The notes under the pieces were generated by a model. That model saw only the letters and a list, made by a program, of their open reading frames with translations. It was not told the origin of the DNA and did not search any database. 39,307 nucleotides of DNA from Patescibacteria group bacterium (GTDB taxonomy: Bacteria > Patescibacteriota > Minisyncoccia > HO2-45-28), in contig JBBTVC010000060.1 in NCBI GenBank assembly GCA_038063435.1, positions 1 to 39,307 on the forward strand, read 5' to 3'. Position numbers and translations under genes: made by a program. Below are positions 1 to 7,560 of the stretch, one piece after another. Position 1 is the first letter of the stretch. Each line of letters begins with the position of its first letter.

Positions 1-1
1 T

Positions 2-1672
2 CTCCTAAGCGCATTCGGCTCGATAATAATCAGCCGATTGTTTTTTTTGCAGGTTGTTTCGCGCGCGTATTATGAAACACTGGCCGAGCGCCAGCACGTT
101 TCTTCGCTTGACGCAAGCATAAGACGAGGTAATGTTTACCTCCGTGAAAAAGACGGGGGTCTTTTTACCGTGGCCACGATAAAAAGCGGACATTTAGCTT
201 ATATTGACCCCAGAAAAATTAAAGACGCCGAAAATATATATAGCCGACTGTCTCAAATATTGCCCGATCTCGATAAAAAAGATTTTTTAACCAGGGCTTC
301 CAAAACGAATGACCCTTTTGAGGTTGTGGCTCGGAGATTGGAGGATGATATTGCCGAAAAAATTATTGATTTAAATCTTTCCGGTGTCGGAATTTCACCT
401 GAAGAATGGCGGTTTTATCCGGCGGGGAACCTTGCTTCATCTGTCGTCGGTTTTGCCGGCTATAAAGGCGATGATGTTGTGGGCCGTTATGGCATTGAAT
501 ATTCCCAGGAAAGCATACTGAAAGGCGAGGATTATTATTTAGATGGCCGTCAGACTCTTGCCGGAACTTTTCTTGATTGGGGCAAAAAATTATTTCCGGG
601 CGTAAAATCTTCGGGTAGCGTTGTTCTAACCATAGAGCCGCAGACCCAGCTTTTTTTGGAAAAAATTTTAGATGACGCGTTCGTTAAGTGGGAAGCTGAG
701 CGCGCCGGCGCTGTCGTTATAGATCCCCAGACTGGGCGCATTATTGCCATGGCTTTCCGCCCGACTTTTGACCCGAATCACTACGGCGCCGAAAAATCAT
801 TGGATGTTTTCATTAATCCGGCAATTGAGCATGTCTACGAGCTGGGGTCTACTTTTAAACCGCTGACCATGGCCGCGGGGGTTGATCTCGGGAAAGTGTC
901 GCCCAAGACCACTTATTTTGATGCCGGTTATCTTATTATTAACGGCCGGCGCATTGAAAATTATGACGGCAAGGGCAGGGGAACGGTTGATATGCAGACT
1001 GTTTTAAACGAGTCTTTAAATACCGGCGCGGTTTTTGCCATGCGTCAGATTGGCGTCGGGCCTTTCAAGGACTATCTTTACCGTTTCGGTCTAGCTGATA
1101 AAACCGGAATTGAACTGCCGGGCGAAGTGGCCGGAAACCTCGCTAACCTTGAATCCGGCCGGGAAATAGAATCAGCCACGGCCTCTTTCGGCCAAGGCGT
1201 TGCGGTAACACCTCTTGCTTTTTTAAGAGCCGTAAGCGCTTTGGCTAACGGCGGAAAACTGGTGAGACCTTTTATTATTGAAAAAATACTTTTTGACGGC
1301 GCGCCGGACGCGGTTACGGAACCGCAGATTAAAGAAGGCTCGGTAAAACCGCAAACCTCCGAAGAAATCACGAGAATGCTCGTTAAGGTGGTGGATGAAG
1401 CGCTGGTTGGAGGAACTTTAAAAAACGAACATTACAGCATTGCGGCCAAAACCGGCACGGCCCAATTGCCGAGCAAATCCGGCCCCGGCTATTCTGACGA
1501 GTATCTCCATTCTTTTTTCGGCTATGCGCCGGCGTATAACGCTAAATTCGCGATAGTTATGTTTTTGGTAAAACCCCAAGGCGCGCGGTACGCCTCGCAA
1601 ACTTTATCGGAGCCTTTTATGGAAACGATGAAATTTCTGTTAAACTATTATAATGTTCCGCCGGACAGGTAA
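2..1672 (+). CDS. Class B penicillin-binding protein (FtsI/PBP2-type transpeptidase), 5' end outside window
   Basis: The frame is open from nt 2, with no stop upstream of the TTG at 38. The first residues LLSAFGSIIISRLFFLQVV look like the membrane anchor, so the true start lies off-window. Transpeptidase motifs STFK (SxxK), SLN (SxN) and KTGT (KTG) are present. The gene sits directly upstream of murF, as in dcw clusters. Confidence 0.85.
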   Translation, partial: LLSAFGSIIISRLFFLQVVSRAYYETLAERQHVSSLDASIRRGNVYLREKDGGLFTVATIKSGHLAYIDPRKIKDAENIYSRLSQILPDLDKKDFLTRASKTNDPFEVVARRLEDDIAEKIIDLNLSGVGISPEEWRFYPAGNLASSVVGFAGYKGDDVVGRYGIEYSQESILKGEDYYLDGRQTLAGTFLDWGKKLFPGVKSSGSVVLTIEPQTQLFLEKILDDAFVKWEAERAGAVVIDPQTGRIIAMAFRPTFDPNHYGAEKSLDVFINPAIEHVYELGSTFKPLTMAAGVDLGKVSPKTTYFDAGYLIINGRRIENYDGKGRGTVDMQTVLNESLNTGAVFAMRQIGVGPFKDYLYRFGLADKTGIELPGEVAGNLANLESGREIESATASFGQGVAVTPLAFLRAVSALANGGKLVRPFIIEKILFDGAPDAVTEPQIKEGSVKPQTSEEITRMLVKVVDEALVGGTLKNEHYSIAAKTGTAQLPSKSGPGYSDEYLHSFFGYAPAYNAKFAIVMFLVKPQGARYASQTLSEPFMETMKFLLNYYNVPPDR

Positions 1673-1678
1673 AATTTT

Positions 1679-2974
1679 ATGAAACAATTTTTAAGATATA
1701 TTATCGTTTGGATTTTAAATATAGAAGCACGGCTTATTTTTAAAAAATATAAGCCGGAAATAATCGCCATTACCGGAAGCGTCGGCAAAACTTCGGCTAA
1801 AGAGGCGGTTTATTCGGTTTTAAGCCAAAAGTTTTCCGCGCGCAAAAGCGAGAAAAGTTATAATAGCGAGTTCGGCGTGCCCCTTACCGTAATTGGAGAG
1901 GAAAATCCGTGGCACTCGCCATTGGGGTGGCTTAAGGTAATTTTAAAAGGGCTTGAGCTGATTTTAAAAAATAGAAAAAAAAATTATCCCAAAAAACTTA
2001 TTCTTGAGATGGGCGCTGACCGTCCGGGTGACATAGCAAGGCTAGCGCGTTTTTGGCCGCGCGTCGTTTTGGTGACGGCAATTGGGGAGGTTCCGGCGCA
2101 TGTTGAATTTTTTGCCGGCGCTGCCGAGGTGGCTGAAGAAAAGGCAAAATTGGTTGAAGCGCTGGACGTGAACGGCTGGGCGGTTTTAAACGGCGACGAT
2201 TACGCTGTTTTGGAAATGAAAGAAAAAACCAAAGGACATGTTTTGACATACGGATTCGGCGAAAATCTGGACGTGCGCGCTTCGGAATATAAATTGATGT
2301 ATCGCGCGGGCGAGCGGCCCGAAGGCATAACTTTTAAAATGGATTACGCCGGATCCAGCGTTCCGGTAAGAATTCTGGATTCTTTCGGAAAACAAAATGT
2401 TTATGCCGCTTTAGCCGGCGCTGCGGTGGGTATAATTTATGGCATGAATTTGGTTGAGATATCTGAAGCTTTGAGCAAATACAGCGCTCTAGCTGGACGG
2501 CTTAAGCTTATTGAGGGCGAAAAAGAGACTTGGATTCTGGACGACACTTACAATGCTTCGCCTCAAGCGATGCACGCGGCCATAGATGTATTAAAAGACC
2601 TGCCGGCCAAAAGAAAAATCGTGGTTTTAGGCGACATGCTTGAGATAGGTAAATTCACGATTCAAGCGCATCAAAAAGCAGGGGATCAGGTCAAAGAGGT
2701 TGCCGATATTGTTATAACATGCGGCCCGCGGGCAAAATTTATCGCCCAAGAGCTTTTAGACCATGGTTTCGCGCCAGGTAAAGTCATCAGCGTTTCGGAT
2801 TCGCGCGAGGCAGGTTTAGAGCTTGAAAAAATAATTGAGCCAGGCGACCTTATTTTGGTTAAAGGGTCTCAAGCCATGCGAATGGAACGGGTGGTTGAAG
2901 AAATAATGGCGCGCCCCGAAAAAAAATCAGAGCTCCTTGTCAGACAAGAGCCGGAATGGTTAAATAGAGAGTGA
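1679..2974 (+). CDS. murF: UDP-N-acetylmuramoyl-tripeptide--D-alanyl-D-alanine ligase
   Basis: Mur-ligase P-loop ITGSVGKTS. MurF-type C-terminal motifs DDTYNASP and VVLGDMLEIG. Six-nt gap after the PBP gene. Confidence 0.85.
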   Translation: MKQFLRYIIVWILNIEARLIFKKYKPEIIAITGSVGKTSAKEAVYSVLSQKFSARKSEKSYNSEFGVPLTVIGEENPWHSPLGWLKVILKGLELILKNRKKNYPKKLILEMGADRPGDIARLARFWPRVVLVTAIGEVPAHVEFFAGAAEVAEEKAKLVEALDVNGWAVLNGDDYAVLEMKEKTKGHVLTYGFGENLDVRASEYKLMYRAGERPEGITFKMDYAGSSVPVRILDSFGKQNVYAALAGAAVGIIYGMNLVEISEALSKYSALAGRLKLIEGEKETWILDDTYNASPQAMHAAIDVLKDLPAKRKIVVLGDMLEIGKFTIQAHQKAGDQVKEVADIVITCGPRAKFIAQELLDHGFAPGKVISVSDSREAGLELEKIIEPGDLILVKGSQAMRMERVVEEIMARPEKKSELLVRQEPEWLNRE

Positions 2975-2979
2975 TTTTC

Positions 2980-3051
2980 GCCCTTATCGTCTAGTGGCCA
3001 GGACGTCAGGTTCTCATCCTGGAAACCGGGGTTCGATTCCCCGTGAGGGCG
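2980..3051 (+). tRNA. tRNA-Glu (anticodon CUC)
   Basis: 72-nt cloverleaf folded by hand. Acceptor GCCCTTA/TGAGGGC, D arm GTCT..GGAC, anticodon stem TCAGG/CCTGG with loop TTCTCAT (anticodon CTC), T arm CGGGG-TTCGATT-CCCCG. The overall layout closely parallels E. coli tRNA-Glu. The 3' CCA is not encoded. Confidence 0.85.
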
Positions 3052-3067
3052 CTGATAAAAATACCTT

Positions 3068-3096
3068 TTGACAACCGCATATTTTTTTGCTAGTGT
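3068..3096 (+). promoter_or_regulatory. sigma70-like promoter for the 3138 ORF
   Basis: TTGACA (3068-3073), 17-nt spacer, then TAGTGT (3091-3096) preceded by TGC (extended -10 like). AGGAGG at 3124-3129 lies 8 nt before the ATG at 3138. Confidence 0.5.
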
Positions 3097-3137
3097 TATC
3101 TGGGTTTTGATATTTGATTTTATAGGAGGCATTATTT

Positions 3138-3941
3138 ATGAACGACGGCGCGCTTGACGCCCCGACCTTAAAAGAGCTGAAAACGATTCTCGGAGCAATG
3201 TTTGAATTTGACCGTTTGACGCACCAGCGTTTAAAAAAGTGGATCCAAGAAAGATGTCCGAACGGATTGTTTTTTGTGGGCGGGCAGCAAAATACAAGTA
3301 GCGAGGATATGCTTTTTGAAATACAGCTCATTGATTTGATCGCCCACAAAATGCTTGAAAAAGGCGAGCGTGCCCCATGTTGTATTGAAGAACTTGAGGA
3401 TATTTTTTCGTGCGTGGCCGATTATATTATAAACAGGATGCGAGAAAATGGGCGCGCAGAAAATTCATTTGATACCACCGCTTCTGAATTTGAAAATAAA
3501 AATTCCGAAACCGAACTTAAAAAATTTTTAATAGAGACGATTAAAGAATCGATGCCCACGATGAGCATGAGTGATGAAATTGAAAATGTCTGGAGGGATT
3601 CATGGAAAATCTGCCGTTTGTTTAAAGAAGTTGCCGTCATGCGTAATACGCCACTCGAAACCCTGATAGATTGTCCTGAAATAGAAGACGAAGTTAAAAG
3701 AAAGTTCTATTTCACGAAGGAAAAAATGTGGGACGCATTTCAAAAAAAAGACCTTTTCAATAAAATCGATATTAAAAAAGTTGTGCTGGGTCTGCTTCGC
3801 GTCGAAGGGTTATCTTCGGACGATTTTGAGAAAAGCGAAGAAGCGCAAAAATGGTTTCGTGATATACAATTAATTTTTGATCGGACGAAGCGCGAGAAGG
3901 CTAATTTTTACGCCGAGGAAATGAAACGCGTTTGGGGTTAA
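3138..3941 (+). CDS. Hypothetical acidic soluble protein (267 aa), no recognisable motif
   Basis: Long ORF with the strongest SD in the window (AGGAGG), its own promoter-like element and a downstream hairpin. I recognise no family signature. Confidence 0.6.
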   Translation: MNDGALDAPTLKELKTILGAMFEFDRLTHQRLKKWIQERCPNGLFFVGGQQNTSSEDMLFEIQLIDLIAHKMLEKGERAPCCIEELEDIFSCVADYIINRMRENGRAENSFDTTASEFENKNSETELKKFLIETIKESMPTMSMSDEIENVWRDSWKICRLFKEVAVMRNTPLETLIDCPEIEDEVKRKFYFTKEKMWDAFQKKDLFNKIDIKKVVLGLLRVEGLSSDDFEKSEEAQKWFRDIQLIFDRTKREKANFYAEEMKRVWG

Positions 3942-3958
3942 ATTCTAATGCGCCGCTG

Positions 3959-3987
3959 AACGCCGAACGTCTTTGATGTTCGGCGTT
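3959..3987. terminator. Hairpin between convergent genes (possible bidirectional terminator)
   Basis: Perfect 10-bp stem AACGCCGAAC / GTTCGGCGTT with a 9-nt loop. It lies between the stop at 3941 and the stop of the minus-strand gene at 3987-3989. There is no clear U-tract on either side. Confidence 0.5.
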
Positions 3988-5006
3988 TATAATTCCATTT
4001 TTGCCAGCACCCCTTGGTCAAGAACGTATATTTCGTTATTTAAAACGGCAAAAGTCGGCTCTTTGCCTTTATAAATCGGCTGGAAGTTGCGGGTGCTCCG
4101 CCCGTCGAGTTCAAGGGCAAAAACCCCGTTTTCAACCGCGACTACGGATATATCGCTTCTTTTCGGGAAGAATGAGGCGTTTCTTATTGAATTTTTGGTT
4201 TGAAATATATTTTCTTTATTTGATGAAAGGTAGTGGGGCAGTGTGGTTTCCAGCCACTCAACCCAGACGTTTTTTTCGTCGTGCCAGATATTGGCTCTTT
4301 GCCTGTAGTCCATGCTTATTTTGTGCGGGAGAACGGTTAAAGCCCGGTCTAATTTTAATGAACTTGTTTTGGCTGACAGCGACCTTTTTGATAAATCAAA
4401 AGTCAGAGTTATGGTTTTGTTTTCAAAAAAAACATCAGCTCCGCCGTCACGCCAATAAATTGTTTTAAGTTTTGGATTTGCCGAAAGTAGTTTTTTTGAC
4501 GCCGAATTTGCCGGAGTTAAAAATTCATTATTATCAGGAAGATAAAAGGTAAGCGCGTAGGCGTCACCCCTTTTTTCTTCAAGCAGTATCAGAGAATTTT
4601 GGTTTGACGAGTAAATTGATTCAAACTGGCCTTTCAGCAAAATTGTGCCGTTTATATTTTGCGGCGTCATTAAGGCCTTGGCTTCAGCCACAGCGCTTTC
4701 GGCTACCGCCAGTTTTTTGGTCCACGGCCAAAAGCCTTCTTTTGAAACCATAATCGAATAAGAACTGGGCGTAAGATTTTGGATGAAAACCCCGCTTTGA
4801 AGAAAGTTGGTGTTTTTAACGAATTTGCCGTTTAAAAAAACTTCAGCGCCGGATTCGGGTACCGCGATAAAAAGACCGCCGACTCTTTTAATTTGAAAAT
4901 CGGATGTAAGACGCCAACCGGTGGTATAAAGGACTACGGGTGGCGCGATTATTAAAAAAGCAATAATCGAAAGCCAGAATAGCTTCCTCCTGGTTTTAAG
5001 AGTCAT
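3987..5006 (-). CDS. Membrane-anchored PEGA-domain-like protein (339 aa from Met45 of the ORF)
   Basis: The N-terminal TM segment LFWLSIIAFLIIAPPVVLY follows the start MTLKTRRK. PEGA-like motif AVPESGAEVFLNG...YSIMVSKEGFWPW. The start at 5006 is supported by TATAAT (minus strand, 5013-5018) 6 nt upstream. The ORF-track extension to 5138 is antisense to rnhB and is Arg/Pro/Ala-rich junk. Confidence 0.6.
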   Translation of the reverse strand: MTLKTRRKLFWLSIIAFLIIAPPVVLYTTGWRLTSDFQIKRVGGLFIAVPESGAEVFLNGKFVKNTNFLQSGVFIQNLTPSSYSIMVSKEGFWPWTKKLAVAESAVAEAKALMTPQNINGTILLKGQFESIYSSNQNSLILLEEKRGDAYALTFYLPDNNEFLTPANSASKKLLSANPKLKTIYWRDGGADVFFENKTITLTFDLSKRSLSAKTSSLKLDRALTVLPHKISMDYRQRANIWHDEKNVWVEWLETTLPHYLSSNKENIFQTKNSIRNASFFPKRSDISVVAVENGVFALELDGRSTRNFQPIYKGKEPTFAVLNNEIYVLDQGVLAKMEL

Positions 5007-5028
5007 GGCGTTATTATATGATAAAAAA

Positions 5029-5616
5029 ATGGCTGTATCCAGAAAATGGGTTATAGGCATTGATGAGGCCGGACGCGGACCGCTAGCCGGTCCCGTAACT
5101 TTAGCTGTCGTCGCGTGTCCGCGCATTGTCGCGCGCAATATTTTTAAAGGAATAAATGATTCAAAACATTTGAGCTTGAAAGCTCGGGAGGGATGGCTTA
5201 AAAAAATCAGAAGCCATCCGCGAATTTTTTATTGCGCCTCCTCCGCCGGCCCGTCAATAATAGACAGGGTTGGCATTGCCAAAGCCATAAAACAGGCCGT
5301 GGCGCGTGTTTTGAAAAGAATTGATGACGGCAGGTTCGGCAAGACCGAAATATTACTTGATGGCAGTTTAAAAGCGCCCGCGAAATATTTGCAAAAAACA
5401 ATAATTAGAGGCGATGAAAAAATTCCGGTGATTGCCGCCGCCTCTGTGGTGGCTAAAGTTTCGCGCGACCGCAAAATGGTTCGCCTGTCTTCAAAATTTC
5501 CGCAATACGCTTTTGAGATACACAAAGGCTACGGCACGAAACTGCACTATAAAATGCTTAAAAAACACGGCCTCTCGGAAATCCACCGGCGTTCGTTTTT
5601 GAGTAAAATCCTTTGA
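5029..5616 (+). CDS. rnhB: Ribonuclease HII
   Basis: Catalytic motif IGIDEAGRGPLAGPV, plus DSKHLS. I prefer the start at 5029 (TATGAT-N6-ATG). ATG 5005 is an alternative start. Confidence 0.85.
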   Translation: MAVSRKWVIGIDEAGRGPLAGPVTLAVVACPRIVARNIFKGINDSKHLSLKAREGWLKKIRSHPRIFYCASSAGPSIIDRVGIAKAIKQAVARVLKRIDDGRFGKTEILLDGSLKAPAKYLQKTIIRGDEKIPVIAAASVVAKVSRDRKMVRLSSKFPQYAFEIHKGYGTKLHYKMLKKHGLSEIHRRSFLSKIL

Positions 5617-5648
5617 CACCGCGCGCCTAATCCCATATAATAACCCTA

Positions 5649-5930
5649 ATGGTAGTCAGAATGCGTCATACTAGAGGGCATACTCGAAATCGCCGGTCGC
5701 ATCACGCGCTTACGGCGGTTTTGGGCGTTTCTTGCTCTAAATGCGGGGAGAAAAAACTTCCGCAAAGAGTTTGTTTTAATTGCGGGACTTATAAGGGCCG
5801 CGAGGTTGTAGACGTTTTAGCTAAGCTGACCAAGAATGAAAAGAAGAAAAAGGAAAAGGAGCTGGCTAAGCAGGAATCGGAGCGGACCGAAAATAAATCG
5901 CTTGATGCCGCAGAGCTCTCAAAGCAGTAA
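5649..5930 (+). CDS. rpmF: 50S ribosomal protein L32 with Lys/Glu-rich C-terminal tail
   Basis: The N-terminus [21 protein letters not shown] matches the basic L32 start. Zinc-ribbon pairs CSKC...CFNC. About 40 extra K/E-rich residues at the C-terminus. Confidence 0.8.
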   Translation: MVVRMRHTRGHTRNRRSHHALTAVLGVSCSKCGEKKLPQRVCFNCGTYKGREVVDVLAKLTKNEKKKKEKELAKQESERTENKSLDAAELSKQ

Positions 5931-5970
5931 GAATCAAATAATAAGTTTAAAATTTTAGTTCTTTAATTTT

Positions 5971-6864
5971 ATGGCCAACCGTCATCTTTCGCGAAGCGTG
6001 GTTTTACAAACTCTTTTTGAATGGGATTTTAACGGCTTTCAAGACCTAAAAAAATCCGATGAAACCATAAAGCGCAATTTAGACGAATTCGCCCCCGGCC
6101 TTGATGACGGCGGTTTTTCCGAAAAACTCATCAAAGGCGTCATTAAAAAAAGAAAAGACATTGATAAAATCATAGAAAAAGCAGCGCCGGAATGGCCTTT
6201 AGCCCAAATTGCCATGATTGACCGCAATGTTTTACGCGTCGGTCTTTACGAATTGCTTTTTGGCGACAGGGAGGAAGTTCCGCCCAAAGTCGCGATTAAT
6301 GAAGCAATAGAGCTGGCTAAAACTTTTGGCGGAGATTCCTCGGGCCGTTTCGTCAATGGCGTTTTAGGCACGGTTTATCGCGAAATAGGAGAACCGGGCA
6401 AAGACGATGAAGGTTCCAAAAAAAAGAAAATAGCCGACCCCTCTAAACTGCCGCAAGAAGACCTTGGCGGAGGCGTGGTGTACCGCAGAGAAAAAGGCAA
6501 ACTTCGTTTCGCCATGGTGCACGACGTTTTCGGTTACTGGACTCTTTCTAAAGGCCACCTTGAATCCGGCGAAGATGTTCGCGAAGGAACTACGCGCGAA
6601 TTAAAAGAAGAGCTGGGCCTTAAAAATATAAATCTTATTGATGAAATCGGCGTCAATGAATATATCGCCTCGGACCCTAAAATTGGTCCGGTCAGGCGCC
6701 GGGTTTCATATTTTTTAGTTGAAACCGAGGATAAAGATTTGGTTTTAGGGCCATCAGGCGGTTTGGATGATGCCCGATGGTTTGACGCCGAAGAAATGGA
6801 CAGCCTTAAGATATATGACGATATCAGGCCGCTTATAAAAAAGGCGGTTGAAAAATTAAAATGA
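5971..6864 (+). CDS. nusB: NusB antitermination factor fused to a C-terminal Nudix hydrolase domain
   Basis: Residues 1-140 are NusB-like (RSVVLQTLFEWDF..., IDRNVLRVGLYELLF, AINEAIELAKTFGG, FVNGVLG). A K-rich linker follows. A complete Nudix box GHLESGEDVREGTTRELKEELGL is encoded at 6553-6621. Confidence 0.8.
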   Translation: MANRHLSRSVVLQTLFEWDFNGFQDLKKSDETIKRNLDEFAPGLDDGGFSEKLIKGVIKKRKDIDKIIEKAAPEWPLAQIAMIDRNVLRVGLYELLFGDREEVPPKVAINEAIELAKTFGGDSSGRFVNGVLGTVYREIGEPGKDDEGSKKKKIADPSKLPQEDLGGGVVYRREKGKLRFAMVHDVFGYWTLSKGHLESGEDVREGTTRELKEELGLKNINLIDEIGVNEYIASDPKIGPVRRRVSYFLVETEDKDLVLGPSGGLDDARWFDAEEMDSLKIYDDIRPLIKKAVEKLK

Positions 6865-7553
6865 TAGATTTTTCAGCTTTCGAAAAAAACATCGGATATT
6901 CTTTTAAAGATAAGAATTTGCTGACCGAAGCTTTTACCCACCGTTCTTATCTGAATGAAAATCCTTCATGGCAGGGCGCCCACAATGAGCGTTTGGAATT
7001 TTTGGGCGACGCGGTTTTGGAGCTTATTGTGACCGAAGCTCTTTTCGCCCGTTTTCCCGAAAAACCCGAAGGAGAATTGACGAGTTTGCGGGCCGCTTTG
7101 GTCAATGCCAACATGCTTTCAAGCCTTGCTTCGGATTTGGATTTAAATAGCGTCCTGTTTCTTTCCCGGGGCGAGGCCAAAGATATCGGCCGGGCAAGGG
7201 GCTATATTTTGGCCAACACTTTTGAAGCGCTCATCGGCGCCATGTATCTTGATGGCGGTTATGATGAAGCTAAAAAATTCATTGAAAAAAATTTAATGCC
7301 CAAGATTGATGAAATCCTGGAAAAAGAGCTGTTTCGCGACGCTAAAAGCCTTTTTCAAGAGCGTGCCCAGGAGATTGCCGGCATTACTCCTGTTTATCGG
7401 TCGCTTGAAGAATGGGGCCCGGATCACGATAAACATTTTATAGTCGGGGTGTATCTCGGCGAAGCTTTGATAGCTTCGGGCGAAGGACCATCGAAGCAGG
7501 CGGCCGAACAAAATGCCGCCGAAGACGCCATAGCTCTAAAAAACTGGAAATGA
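6861..7553 (+). CDS. rnc: Ribonuclease III
   Basis: Signature ERLEFLGDAVLELIVTE and a C-terminal dsRBD (GPDHDKHF...GEGPSKQAAEQNAA). The ATG overlaps the nusB-Nudix stop (ATGA). Confidence 0.9.
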   Translation: MIDFSAFEKNIGYSFKDKNLLTEAFTHRSYLNENPSWQGAHNERLEFLGDAVLELIVTEALFARFPEKPEGELTSLRAALVNANMLSSLASDLDLNSVLFLSRGEAKDIGRARGYILANTFEALIGAMYLDGGYDEAKKFIEKNLMPKIDEILEKELFRDAKSLFQERAQEIAGITPVYRSLEEWGPDHDKHFIVGVYLGEALIASGEGPSKQAAEQNAAEDAIALKNWK

Positions 7554-7560
7554 CGGTGCT

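Noticed and set aside
2980-5006. Integrated genomic island at tRNA-Glu.
   Set aside because: There is no integrase or recombinase. I could not find a direct repeat of the tRNA 3' end (TTCGATTCCCCGTGAGGGCG) downstream. Only the single ORFan cassette is reported, at low interest.
5007-5138. N-terminal 44-residue extension of the 3987-5138 minus-strand ORF (MRATMRGHATTAKV...).
   Set aside because: It is antisense to the conserved catalytic N-terminus of rnhB and is Arg/Pro/Ala-rich. The protein makes sense from Met45 (basic residues followed by a TM helix), which also has TATAAT-N6 upstream.
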